64,000 bases of DNA from Akkermansiaceae bacterium (GCA_051251915.1 JBPOGF010000012.1:32001-96000); one strand, 5' to 3'. Numbered from the stretch's first letter, positions 48,908-58,668 are shown. Numbers and translations: made by a program. Notes: a model not told the origin generated them from the letters alone.

Positions 48908-50395
48908 TTAGCATTCCATGCTGCGATTCTTATCAATCTCGTATTGGTATGCAGCCTCTGCTTCTACTCCTTCATCAGGATGTGCCTGCTTATCGTCAAA
49001 GTGTGCGTCACTCTCGAGGAGTGTCCATTTCACCTCAGCAATGTTGATACATGGTAAGAAGCGTAAGAAGAGTAAGAATAGCGTGAGGAACATACCGATA
49101 GTTCCGACAAATGTCATCACGTCCACTGGTGACGCTTCGTAGTATTTCCAGTCACCAGGGAGCCACATACGTGGAAGTGTAGTAACAATGATTACGAATC
49201 GCTCGAACCACATACCGATGTTCACCAACATACAGATTCCCATAACGACCCAGAGATTCTCACGGCATGCTTTGAACCAGAAAGCCTGTGGAGCAATAAC
49301 GTTACAGAACATCATTGTCACGTATGCCCACCAGTAAGGACCAGTGATACGGAGCTTGAATGCTTCCATCTCGTATTTACCACCTGAGTAGTAAGCCACG
49401 AAGAGCTCCATCAAGTAGGCGTAACCAACGATGGTTCCTGTTGCCAAAATGATCTTGGACATGTTTTCGATGTGCTTCATCGTGATCATATCGTGCAGCT
49501 TGTAGATAGACCGCGCCGGGATCATGATCGTCATCACCATCGCGAATCCACCAAAGATAGCACCTGCCACGAAGTATGGCGGGAAGATAGTGGTGTGCCA
49601 CCCCGGAACCGTAGAGGTCGCGAAGTCAAACGAAACGATTGAGTGAACTGAAAGAACGAGTGGTGTAGAAAGTGCTGCTAGTAGAAGATAAGCCATTTCA
49701 TAATGACTCCACTGACGGTTACCACCTCTCCAACCGAGAGAGAAAATACCATAAGCAAACTTACGGATACCAGGCTTGGCCCGGTCACGGATAGTTGCCA
49801 AATCAGGAACCATTCCGAGATACCAGAAAATCAATGAAATGGTGAAGTAAGTAGAAACCGCAAATACGTCCCACAAGAGTGGTGATTTAAAGTTCTGCCA
49901 AATCGCATTCGCATTCGGAATAGGAGCTAGGAACCAAGCCATCCATACACGACCAACGTGGAACGCAGGGAAAATACCAGCACAGCATACTGCGAAGATC
50001 GTCATCGCTTCCGCAGCCCGGTTAATCGAGGTTCGCCAGTTTTGCCGCGTCAGGAACAGAATCGCCGAGATCAGCGTTCCAGCGTGACCAATACCAATCC
50101 AGAAAACAAAGTTAACAATCGGCCAACCCCACATCGTGCGGTTTGTATTTCCCCAGACACCTACACCGGTAGAAACCAAGTAGATAAGTCCGCCTGCAAC
50201 ACCAACAAGTGCTATAATTGCGGACGGGATGAATAGTAACCACCAAAGTAGAGGCTGTGGTTTTTCCACAATCCCTGCAATACGGTCGGTAATCCAAGCA
50301 TATGAACGTCCATTGAGAATCAGCTTCTCGCGCTCAAATACGGGAAGAGTGATGCTGCCATCATTTTGCTCTGCCTTGTTTTCGTTATCTGCCAT
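48908..50395 (-). CDS. actC: Alternative complex III subunit C (NrfD family)
   Basis: [61 protein letters not shown]. Confidence 0.95.
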   Translation of the reverse strand: MADNENKAEQNDGSITLPVFEREKLILNGRSYAWITDRIAGIVEKPQPLLWWLLFIPSAIIALVGVAGGLIYLVSTGVGVWGNTNRTMWGWPIVNFVFWIGIGHAGTLISAILFLTRQNWRTSINRAAEAMTIFAVCCAGIFPAFHVGRVWMAWFLAPIPNANAIWQNFKSPLLWDVFAVSTYFTISLIFWYLGMVPDLATIRDRAKPGIRKFAYGIFSLGWRGGNRQWSHYEMAYLLLAALSTPLVLSVHSIVSFDFATSTVPGWHTTIFPPYFVAGAIFGGFAMVMTIMIPARSIYKLHDMITMKHIENMSKIILATGTIVGYAYLMELFVAYYSGGKYEMEAFKLRITGPYWWAYVTMMFCNVIAPQAFWFKACRENLWVVMGICMLVNIGMWFERFVIIVTTLPRMWLPGDWKYYEASPVDVMTFVGTIGMFLTLFLLFLRFLPCINIAEVKWTLLESDAHFDDKQAHPDEGVEAEAAYQYEIDKNRSMEC

Positions 50396-50446
50396 TTTCT
50401 TAAATCTTAAATTTTTATTTGATACTGATTAAACTGTTCTCAACCG

Positions 50447-53400
50447 TTAGTGCATGTTGATCGTTGCTCTACCGACATTAGTCGCTCCTGGCATTGCCGG
50501 GTTCGGGTTCTTCACACGTGCCATGTATGATGTTCTAGGTCGTGTTCCGATGTAGTTTAGTAGATCATATGTCCGTGGGTTCTTGAACTCACCTTGCACG
50601 TGTGCAGGTAAGTTTTGATCCTCGTCCCTGAGTGCTTTCGTCTTCTGGATGTCATCCTTCTTATTGAGAAGATTACCAAATACGATAGCTCCAGCGCCAC
50701 AGGCGTCCTGACAGGCTACGGTCACACTATTTGCAGGTGACATGAGCATCTCGTGATTCACTTTAAATTCTGTTGATGGCTTACCAGACTTCTGAACGCC
50801 GCGCTTCACATTTTGCTTCGCTTCGATCTTAGCTGCTGACAGACGCTGAACACAGTAGGTGCACTTCTCCATCACACCACGCATACGAACTGAAACATTC
50901 GGATTGCGCTGTAGTGACTTAGCATCACCTTCTTGCTTCTCACCAAATGGTCCTTTGTAAAGGTTCTTGTGCAGAAGCGGGTTGCGCTTGTTGTAGTCAA
51001 AGAAATTGAATCGTCTTGCTTTGTATGGGCAGTTATTCGCACAGTAACGAGTTCCGATACAACGGTTATAAGCCATTGAGTTCAATCCGTCTTCTGTGTG
51101 AACAGTAGCATTCACAGGGCAAACAGTCTCACATGGAGCACTCTCACACTGCACACAAGCTACCGGGTTAGGAATCATCTCAAGTGGCTTGTCCCAATCT
51201 TCTGATGGGTTAGTAGCTACATGTTCATGATCGCCATGTCCGTGATCCTGAGTCTCAGCAAAATAACGATCCATTCTGATCCAGTGCATTTCGCGACCCA
51301 TGGCCACTTGCACTTTGCCTACTACAGGAATGTTATTCTCAGCCTGACAAGCTACCAAACAGGCATTACAACCTGTGCATGTGCTAAGATCAATAGACAT
51401 CGCCCACTGGTGTGACTTATCCCAAAGGTGAATACGGTCTTTGCCGTCTTCCCCTTTAGCATTACTTACTGGCTTGTATTGATCCACATTCTGCGGAGCG
51501 TGTGAGTCCATACCATGCTTTCTAACTTTAGAAAGTTGCTCTTTGTAATCCTTCTGGTGATCGTGACCATCCGGCTCAGTTGGCATTGTTGAAATTTCAC
51601 GAGCAAGCGCACGTCCATACATTGAATGGTGCTCCTGTGTTCTCGCTAGCTTATAGCGTTTGGATTCTACTTTACCCATGGAAATCCCACCAGCGTAGTA
51701 GTCACTAGTTCCAGCACTTCTCAGTGTGTATGCATTGAATCCAGTGTTCACACCTACTGATGAAACATTTGCTGAATTCACTGTATAATCAGAAACTCCA
51801 CCTTTAAAATTATCTTCCCAGTGTTTATCGTAACCTTGACCATAACCAAGTGGTAATGAAATCACGTTATCAGCCATGCCGAATGCTACGATAACCACAG
51901 CCTCCACCATCTGATCCCCTACTTTCAATTCAACCATTGGGCCATATAAACTTGGACCCTCACCGTCTTCAGAGACTGATGTAGTTTTCACATCGGTGCC
52001 AGTGGCTATACCGAGGCTAGCCCACCATGCTTTCTCAGCTTTCTCAAGCTCAACAATATCTTCGTAAAGGCCTAAATCTTGCGCAGTCTTTGGTGACATA
52101 TAAACCGCATTATCCCAAGTCAGTTTAGAAATCGGATCTGGCGCCTCTTGGAGCCAGGCGTTGTTCACATAGCGTCCATCAAGAACTGCATAGTCAGTAG
52201 CAAATACGATATCCGGCTTAGTTGCACTTGCAGGCTCAGCTTCTTCCTTTAGAGAAACACTAGGAGCCGCACCTGCTGATGCTAATTCGTATTGATAATC
52301 TGCATTAAAACCAGTTCTTAAAAGTGTGTTCCAGTCAGCCTGTTTAGCTGCCTTACTGCCACCTTTTTTGACCTGCGCACCAAACACGCTCTTCACTACA
52401 TCATATGCTGGCGAAACCGCGCTTGCGTCAGATGAATCATGGAGTGAAACCTTATCACCCGTGAGTGCCACAAGTAACTCAAACTCCTGGATTCCACCGT
52501 AAAGCGGAAGAATCATTGGCTGAACAATCGTGTAAAGCCCTTCATCACCAGAGAATCCGTCACCCCAGCTCTCAAGATAATGGGCAGCAGGAATGTGAAG
52601 CGTAGCAGCATTTGCTGACGCATTAGTTTGGTCACCCCAGTGAATTACCTTCTTATCAGCCACCACATCAGTGAATGATTTCCCACCAATAGTAGGATTC
52701 TCATAAAACGGGTTAGCCTGTGAAACAAGAATCACTGTCTCAAGTGAACCCGCTTCCTTCGCAAAATCTTCGATCGTCCCCAAATCAGCGTGCTGCTTAC
52801 CCTTACGCGCAACAAGAACGCCTGCTGAATATGCACCGATCGCCTTATTGATGAGATATACCACATCATGAAGCTCTTTAGCATAACGGCTACCGAGAAG
52901 AATCACACCTCCTCCAGCCTTAAGATCATCAAAACACTTCTTAGCCCAATCAAGCTTCTTACCAGTGAACGCCTTAGTTGGTGCTGCTCCCACACCAGCA
53001 AAACTAGCAAGCTGGCTAATGAATCTCCCCATCTGACTCGGAGCCAATGGCGCACGGTGATCAGCCATACCACCTGTTACAGAGTAAGTAGGCTCCACAA
53101 CGTAGAGTCGGTTAAGTTGCTTCTCATAAGCTACAGGATCTTCATTGTATCCCGCACCCTCTGGACGACGACGATCATAGAAGCTCTTGACTCCACCTTG
53201 TTTATCTAACTCTAGGAAATCACAATCAAGTGACAAAATCTTACGCGCTTTAGCAAAATCAGCCTTCACCGTAGCATGCTTACCGAAAACACCAGCATCT
53301 GAAGCCTTCTTACCAGCACCAGCAAGTGCTTCATAACTATAGAATTTCGCCCCTGCGTGCCTCGCTTTAATTTTAGCAATCAGATCAGTTCTCGTAAGCG

Positions 53401-53983
53401 AATCGTCTTCACCAAAGATGATTCCGAATTTACCGCTCTTGGTATATTCACCGAGCTTAGCCACTGCGACATCTCGTCCAATAGACTTACCATTTTCAAG
53501 GAAATAACGTGAACGCGCAGGATCATACAAACCTAGAATTGACGCCTGTGTGTGTGAATCCACACCATTAGCACCCGGATTCTGCTTATTTGGCTCCAAC
53601 TTAGTAGGACGACCTTCAAAGTTAGCAGCAACTAAAGGCACAGCACCAGTAGCGCTAGGCATTGAAGTCGCATAGTAAGTTGGCTTACCTGGAATAGTCC
53701 ACTCTACTGAGTCGAGAAACGGAACAATCAAAGACTCAGGTCTGCGGCATGAAGCCAAACCAAGTCCAGCAAGAGCTGTTGACGCCCCCATTAACTTAAG
53801 GAAATCACGACGTGTATTTTCACGATCATCCTCATCACGCATCATTTCAGATGCACGCGGAAACTCTTTATCCACCCATTGACGCAAGCCAGGTGTATCT
53901 TCTAGTTCTCCGGCGCTGCGCCATACCTTAGTTCCGCGTTCCTCAACAGGAACGTCTGGGTGATGCCATTTGCGTTTGCTCAT
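50447..53983 (-). CDS. actB: Alternative complex III subunit B (molybdopterin-oxidoreductase-like + Fe-S)
   Basis: Tat/lipobox TRRDFLK...LASC, WLQEAPDP, CTGCNAC, CVQCESAPCETVCP, CIGTRYCANNCP, KCTYC. Confidence 0.95.
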   Translation of the reverse strand: MSKRKWHHPDVPVEERGTKVWRSAGELEDTPGLRQWVDKEFPRASEMMRDEDDRENTRRDFLKLMGASTALAGLGLASCRRPESLIVPFLDSVEWTIPGKPTYYATSMPSATGAVPLVAANFEGRPTKLEPNKQNPGANGVDSHTQASILGLYDPARSRYFLENGKSIGRDVAVAKLGEYTKSGKFGIIFGEDDSLTRTDLIAKIKARHAGAKFYSYEALAGAGKKASDAGVFGKHATVKADFAKARKILSLDCDFLELDKQGGVKSFYDRRRPEGAGYNEDPVAYEKQLNRLYVVEPTYSVTGGMADHRAPLAPSQMGRFISQLASFAGVGAAPTKAFTGKKLDWAKKCFDDLKAGGGVILLGSRYAKELHDVVYLINKAIGAYSAGVLVARKGKQHADLGTIEDFAKEAGSLETVILVSQANPFYENPTIGGKSFTDVVADKKVIHWGDQTNASANAATLHIPAAHYLESWGDGFSGDEGLYTIVQPMILPLYGGIQEFELLVALTGDKVSLHDSSDASAVSPAYDVVKSVFGAQVKKGGSKAAKQADWNTLLRTGFNADYQYELASAGAAPSVSLKEEAEPASATKPDIVFATDYAVLDGRYVNNAWLQEAPDPISKLTWDNAVYMSPKTAQDLGLYEDIVELEKAEKAWWASLGIATGTDVKTTSVSEDGEGPSLYGPMVELKVGDQMVEAVVIVAFGMADNVISLPLGYGQGYDKHWEDNFKGGVSDYTVNSANVSSVGVNTGFNAYTLRSAGTSDYYAGGISMGKVESKRYKLARTQEHHSMYGRALAREISTMPTEPDGHDHQKDYKEQLSKVRKHGMDSHAPQNVDQYKPVSNAKGEDGKDRIHLWDKSHQWAMSIDLSTCTGCNACLVACQAENNIPVVGKVQVAMGREMHWIRMDRYFAETQDHGHGDHEHVATNPSEDWDKPLEMIPNPVACVQCESAPCETVCPVNATVHTEDGLNSMAYNRCIGTRYCANNCPYKARRFNFFDYNKRNPLLHKNLYKGPFGEKQEGDAKSLQRNPNVSVRMRGVMEKCTYCVQRLSAAKIEAKQNVKRGVQKSGKPSTEFKVNHEMLMSPANSVTVACQDACGAGAIVFGNLLNKKDDIQKTKALRDEDQNLPAHVQGEFKNPRTYDLLNYIGTRPRTSYMARVKNPNPAMPGATNVGRATINMH

Positions 53984-54021
53984 TTCTGACGAAAAGTTAA
54001 ATTTAAATTAGTTGTGAAAAA

Positions 54022-54765
54022 TTATCTGTGACAAGTGAAGCAGCTCTCCTTAGGCTGCACATTCCAGTGATCCTTAAGCATCAAGCCCATTGCCTTCTGC
54101 GCGTCATCGCTATCTGTAAGCTCGAGATCTAAATCTTTATCCTCAATATAGCTAGCCACCTTATCAGCAGCAGTTGGATTCTTACTCATGTAATCAGACG
54201 CGCTGTATTTCAGATTGAACACTTCCTCAAGAGGACGAAGCGCATCTTCTGGATTTCTGTGGCACTCGATACACATCCCCATGCTGAGATTCTTAGCGTG
54301 ATAAACTACAGGCATCTCATCCACCTGACCGTGACACTCTACACATGACACCCCACGCCCGAGGTGAGCCGAGTGATCAAAGAAAACATAATCAGGCGCC
54401 TTATGAATACGCACCCACTGAATAGGCTTACCACTCTCGATCGCATCGAAAAGCGGAGCTAACCTCTCACTGTCAGATTTGATACCGCCCTTTACGTGAC
54501 AGTTAGCACAAGTATTCGCAGTCGGCACGTTAGCCTGACCTGATTTCTCAACAAAACTATGACAATGACGACAGTCCAACCCTAACTGAGTCACATGAAG
54601 TTCGTGGTCATACGGGATCGGCTGATCCGGCATATACCCAACCCTCTGAGCCTTAGGAGTTGCGTAATAAGTGAATGCGGTAACTACGCCAATCGCAAGC
54701 GCGCCAATGCAGATCGCGATTTTCAGCGGTAGTATATTTGTCCAACGAGGAAAGTAATTAGCCAT
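54022..54765 (-). CDS. actA: Alternative complex III subunit A (pentaheme cytochrome c)
   Basis: One TM helix and five CxxCH motifs (CRHCH, CANCH, CVECH, CIECH, CFTCH). Confidence 0.93.
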   Translation of the reverse strand: MANYFPRWTNILPLKIAICIGALAIGVVTAFTYYATPKAQRVGYMPDQPIPYDHELHVTQLGLDCRHCHSFVEKSGQANVPTANTCANCHVKGGIKSDSERLAPLFDAIESGKPIQWVRIHKAPDYVFFDHSAHLGRGVSCVECHGQVDEMPVVYHAKNLSMGMCIECHRNPEDALRPLEEVFNLKYSASDYMSKNPTAADKVASYIEDKDLDLELTDSDDAQKAMGLMLKDHWNVQPKESCFTCHR

Positions 54766-54798
54766 GAATTGTAGTGCTTAGATGCGGTGCTTGTATAC

Positions 54799-54820
54799 GC
54801 TTGTGAAATTTTTCACAAGC
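54799..54820. promoter_or_regulatory. Palindromic operator (Rex-type TTGTGAA-N4-TTCACAA; also CRP-type TGTGA-N6-TCACA)
   Basis: GCTTGTGAA-ATTT-TTCACAAGC, ~34 nt upstream of the actA start. Confidence 0.75.
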
Positions 54821-54849
54821 TTAATCTTAAGATATTTCTTGGGGGAACT

Positions 54850-54877
54850 AGTATGGAAATCTAACCAACTCTGGCAA
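54850..54877 (-). promoter_or_regulatory. Putative promoter of the act/cox operon
   Basis: TTGCCA-16 nt-CATACT on the minus strand. Confidence 0.45.
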
Positions 54878-54970
54878 CCCGAAAATGGACATCCTCTCAT
54901 TTTTTTCCCAACCAACTACAAAAATAATTTGCAAAGCCTTAATTTGGAGGGGTGAGCAGAACTTCCCTAT

Positions 54971-55006
54971 AAAAAAAATAACCTGTCATAACAAATGATG
55001 ACAGGT
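54971..55006 (-). terminator. Intrinsic terminator after the paralogous membrane-protein pair
   Basis: ACCTGTCAT/ATGACAGGT stem followed by TATTTTTTTT on the minus strand. Confidence 0.7.
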
Positions 55007-55029
55007 CATGAATAAATAAACTTTATTGC

Positions 55030-55494
55030 TTAAAACATTCTAGCAATAGATGGAACAAAGAGCCCCAATATAGCCATTACCAACCCAATCAGGGTTAAAA
55101 TGCCCGCTAGCTTCCAAAATTTCATTTGATACAAAATAGCCGTCTCAAGATCTGCAGGATTACGGCTTATTTCTGTTCTTGTAATAGCTCCAGAATATTT
55201 TGAGAGACTATTTGCGAGCAAAAATACCACCACTGTCATGACAATCATCAATAACAGGCCTATAATCGCAAATCCTCCTACTTGACCAACTACAGCAAGC
55301 ATACCAAATGTACCCAGCACCATTATTGCAAAATAAATAAAACCTAAGACACTCATAAATCGAACCCAGCCCCTGGATGCGTAGAGATGCGATTGAGCAA
55401 TACTTGTAGCCGATATACCTCGGACTCCTTGTTCCGACTGGAACAGATTTCCTCCAGACCCTAGAGGTTGATTTTGTTGATAAGGATTTTCCAT
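55030..55494 (-). CDS. DUF5362-like membrane protein
   Basis: NPY N-terminus, WVRFMSVLGF, three TM helices, KFWKLAGI. Confidence 0.65.
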   Translation of the reverse strand: MENPYQQNQPLGSGGNLFQSEQGVRGISATSIAQSHLYASRGWVRFMSVLGFIYFAIMVLGTFGMLAVVGQVGGFAIIGLLLMIVMTVVVFLLANSLSKYSGAITRTEISRNPADLETAILYQMKFWKLAGILTLIGLVMAILGLFVPSIARMF

Positions 55495-55524
55495 AATTTC
55501 TGTGTGTTTAAATTTTTATTAATT

Positions 55525-55983
55525 TTAAGCTATCGTACTAAAACCAATGATCATACCCAATAACATGAGACCAAACATTACAATGACAACGATACCTGCT
55601 AGTCTCCAAAATTTAGTATGAACCTCCATCGCACGCTCCAAATCTTGATTATTAGCGGACCCCTCTAACCTCCCAATCGCTTTACCATACTGAACTAACC
55701 GCAGCGCTAAAATAACCTGAATCACGATCATCACCAGAGGTATTATCCAAGCCACAAAGAACCCCGCTGGCGCACCAGAAGGCATCTGCGACCCCATGAA
55801 AACCATGCCTATAAGATTAATGGCTATCGTAATAAGCATAGTAATGCCAACAAGAGACACCCAAAACTTAGTACTTATCAGCGAAGATAAAGCCACCGCT
55901 GTAACAGGCATTTCTGCAGAAGGATCGCTGTGTCCTTGCTGAGTTGCTTGTCCAGCCTCATACGGATTGATTTGTTGTTCCAT
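55525..55983 (-). CDS. DUF5362-like membrane protein (tandem paralogue)
   Basis: NPY N-terminus, three TM helices, DLE...KFWRLAGI shared with the neighbour. Confidence 0.65.
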   Translation of the reverse strand: MEQQINPYEAGQATQQGHSDPSAEMPVTAVALSSLISTKFWVSLVGITMLITIAINLIGMVFMGSQMPSGAPAGFFVAWIIPLVMIVIQVILALRLVQYGKAIGRLEGSANNQDLERAMEVHTKFWRLAGIVVIVMFGLMLLGMIIGFSTIA

Positions 55984-56109
55984 AGCTTATTTTTATGCCA
56001 CTCATAAAATCTTGTCAACTCTATGATACATTTACCTGGTATAGCAATTTACACCACCACCTAAAAAAGTATTGGCGCAAATACCACATTCCTGATTATT
56101 ACTAACCCC

Positions 56110-56964
56110 ATGAAAGGCCTTATTCTCAAAATTGACTGCCCAGATCAACACGGCATCGTGGCAAAAATAGCTTCATACGTAGCAGACTACGCAGGAAATC
56201 TCATCGAACTCTCACAGTTCACTGACTCACCCAATGAAAAATTCTTCGCCCGCGTCGAAATAGACACTACAAATCTTTCTGTAGACATCGATGACTTCAT
56301 CAATGGCTTCAAAACGCTAGGAAAATCACTCCACGCCACATGGCATTTCCGAGAGCAACCCTACAAAATGAGAGCAGCAGTCCTCGTCACTAAGACTGAT
56401 CACTGCCTAAACGAAATCCTCTGGCGCACTAAATTAGGTGAAATGCCAATCGAAATCACCTCCATCATCGGCAACCGTAAAACCTGTCAAGCCATTGCCG
56501 AAAACGCCGGTATCCCATTCCATCATATAGAAATGGATGGCGATAAAAAAGCCGATGGTTTTAAGCAAATTCGAGAACTTCTCATCGAACAAAAAGTCGA
56601 ACTCACCGTCCTCGCCCGATTCATGCAGATCCTCCCCGATTGGTTCTGCCAAGAATTCAGCGGCAAGATCATCAACATCCACCACTCTTTTCTTCCAGCA
56701 TTCATCGGAGCCAACCCATACCGCCAAGCCTACGAACGCGGAGTCAAATTCATTGGCGCCACCTGCCACTACGTCACTGCCGACCTCGATGCAGGCCCCA
56801 TCATCGAACAAGAAGTTAAACGCGTCCAGCACTTCCATACAGCCCAAGACCTCATGCGCCTAGGACGCGACAGTGAACGCGACGCATTAGCCAGAGGCAT
56901 TCGCTACCACGTCAACGACCGCACCATCATCCACAATAACCGAGCCATCGTATTCCCAGACTAA
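56110..56964 (+). CDS. purU: Formyltetrahydrofolate deformylase
   Basis: ACT domain CPDQHGIVA, LARFMQIL, INIHHSFLPAFIGANPY, GATCHYVT, LDAGPIIEQ. Confidence 0.95.
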   Translation: MKGLILKIDCPDQHGIVAKIASYVADYAGNLIELSQFTDSPNEKFFARVEIDTTNLSVDIDDFINGFKTLGKSLHATWHFREQPYKMRAAVLVTKTDHCLNEILWRTKLGEMPIEITSIIGNRKTCQAIAENAGIPFHHIEMDGDKKADGFKQIRELLIEQKVELTVLARFMQILPDWFCQEFSGKIINIHHSFLPAFIGANPYRQAYERGVKFIGATCHYVTADLDAGPIIEQEVKRVQHFHTAQDLMRLGRDSERDALARGIRYHVNDRTIIHNNRAIVFPD

Positions 56965-57054
56965 AGGACCTTAAAGCAATACACCCCTAGACAAAACACA
57001 ACTCACTCTACAACAGACTGCAACAACCTAAATTACAGCACTTGGAATTTTAAG

Positions 57055-57082
57055 TTGCGTTAATCTAATAATTCTGTATATT
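57055..57082 (+). promoter_or_regulatory. Putative promoter of sRNA copy 1
   Basis: TTGCGT-16 nt-TATATT. Confidence 0.55.
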
Positions 57083-57088
57083 TAAGGA

Positions 57089-57170
57089 GTCTTAATTTTC
57101 ATTAAGGTATTATATATTATCGGGGGATAATTAAAAGCCTCATTCCTTTCTAGGAATGAGGCTCATTTTT
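57089..57170 (+). ncRNA. Candidate small RNA, copy 1
   Basis: Hairpin CTTAAT-TTTC-ATTAAG, hairpin ATTATC-GGGG-GATAAT, 12-bp terminator AGCCTCATTCCT/AGGAATGAGGCT with T run; -10 box ~7 nt upstream. Confidence 0.6.
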
Positions 57171-57362
57171 GCCCGGAAACACCAGATCCGCCTCTCCCTC
57201 CTCGAGATCATTCATTTCCTGCTACAACCCCAGACTTTACTAAATTCTCTTTATTCTCCCCCACCCTCACTAAACATCAGACTTCAGAACAAAATCTAAG
57301 CTCGCAAAATCATCATGCGCAAATGGGATAGTATTAAGTAGGTTATTCTGTATATTTAAGGA

Positions 57363-57445
57363 GTCTTAATTTTCATTAAGGTATTATATATTATCGGGGG
57401 ATAATTAAAAGCCTCATTCCTTTCTAGGAATGAGGCTCATTTTTT
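57363..57445 (+). ncRNA. Candidate small RNA, copy 2
   Basis: Core identical to copy 1; same TATATT -10 box. Confidence 0.6.
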
Positions 57446-57643
57446 CAGCAAACACCGCCCCACCCCCACTCACCTTCAGACCATTCATTCAAGAGCGAAA
57501 AACCCACAATCTACCACACTCGCTCTAACCTCCCCCCCCTCCAAAACTCACCAAACAACACTTGAATCAATAGCTCCTCAGCTAATAAAATTAACATGCG
57601 CAAATAGGATATTATTAAAATGAATATTCACTACCCTCTAGTT

Positions 57644-57721
57644 TCCTTAATTCTCATTAAGGTTTTATATTATCGGGGGATAATTAACAGCCTCATTCCT
57701 TTCAAGGGATGAGGCTATTTT
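57644..57721 (+). ncRNA. Candidate small RNA, copy 3 (diverged)
   Basis: Same three stems with pairing-compatible changes; TACCCT -10 box in the same register. Confidence 0.55.
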
Positions 57722-57724
57722 AAC

Positions 57725-58651
57725 CTAACATCCTCCAATACAGCTACATATCCTCGCATAAAGCACCTCCAACCTCGGAACTGGAACACCTTTTTCATGA
57801 GCCCGCCTAAGCGGCTCCCCCCAGATTACATCCACCTCTACAGGTAAGCCAGCCACAAAATCGATCATACTCGACGGCTTGTACGCCCCCATCGGTCGCG
57901 TAATTTCTATTTGATGATCGATAAAAGACCCCTCAATATGATGACCAAACGCAGCAGCACAACTCACTACCTCAGCCATCAAAGCACGAAGCTCATTCTC
58001 CAACCTTAATTCACCTAACATCATCTCGGTATCCACCCCTCCCTCCGCAATAGCCAAGCCATTAAACGGAATATTCCACACCAATTTCATCCATTGAGCC
58101 TTCTCAAGCGACTCAACCCACTCACAAGGAAATCCAGCAGCATTACATACCCCCACAAACCCAGCTGGACATATGGCCTCAGCGTAAGCACCCAACCTAA
58201 TTAAACCAGAAGCAGTGTGATGCACATGGCCTGGGGCAACACGATTTATACACACAAAACACAACCCACCAAACACTCGATGAGCTCCGAACAACTCAGC
58301 ATAAAACTCACAATTCCCCAACCCATTCTGCAACACCAAAATCTGAGTATCCGCACCAATCAACGGAGTAACAACCTCCTTAGCCAAATGATTAGCGGTC
58401 GCCTTCCACGCAATGATCACCAGATCAACTTCACCAATGTCAGAGGTAAGTTTTTCACATCTTACATCCTCTAACAAAAAATCTCCATCCACACTCTCAA
58501 CACATAACCCATTCTCCCTCACATAATCAAAATCACTCCGCAACAGAAAGCGCACATCCTCACCTGCCGCAGCCAATCGAGCGCCATAGTAAATACCTAT
58601 AGCGCCAGAACCAACCACCGCAACCCTGCCCAATCTCCCAGAACCCCTCAT
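57725..58651 (-). CDS. panE: 2-dehydropantoate 2-reductase (ApbA/PanE family)
   Basis: VVGSGAIG, LQNGLG, WMKLVWNIPFNGL, YKPSSMID. Confidence 0.85.
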   Translation of the reverse strand: MRGSGRLGRVAVVGSGAIGIYYGARLAAAGEDVRFLLRSDFDYVRENGLCVESVDGDFLLEDVRCEKLTSDIGEVDLVIIAWKATANHLAKEVVTPLIGADTQILVLQNGLGNCEFYAELFGAHRVFGGLCFVCINRVAPGHVHHTASGLIRLGAYAEAICPAGFVGVCNAAGFPCEWVESLEKAQWMKLVWNIPFNGLAIAEGGVDTEMMLGELRLENELRALMAEVVSCAAAFGHHIEGSFIDHQIEITRPMGAYKPSSMIDFVAGLPVEVDVIWGEPLRRAHEKGVPVPRLEVLYARICSCIGGC

Positions 58652-58668
58652 GATCTAGCCTCCAGACA

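Larger units (their letters stand above)
57071..57721 (+). repeat. Three-copy tandem repeat (period ~274-281 bp) with conserved structured core
   Basis: 57071-57170 and 57345-57444 are identical over 100 bp; the third copy (~57644-57721) is diverged; spacers keep remnants such as AAACACC...AGA(T/C)CATTCATT. Confidence 0.9.

Noticed and set aside
54012..54020. TTGTGAA half-sites at 54012 and 42522 as further Rex boxes
   Set aside because: No matching TTCACAA arm at the correct spacing.
57117..57143. Antisense mini-ORF MRLLIIPR conserved in all three repeat copies (possible type I toxin or leader peptide)
   Set aside because: Only 8 codons, the ATG is buried in the terminator stem, the AAGGA has no spacing to the ATG, and the -10 boxes and T runs favour + strand RNA. 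One synonymous change in copy 3 is too little evidence; Ribo-seq could revisit it.
57315..57341. Small ORF MRKWDSIK in the shared upstream box
   Set aside because: The equivalent in copy 3 stops after three codons (ATG CGC AAA TAG), so the conservation is not coding.
57071..57721. CRISPR array reading of the three repeats
   Set aside because: Repeats (80-100 bp) and spacers (~175-200 bp) are too long, the spacers are related to each other, each unit ends in a terminator, and no cas genes are nearby.
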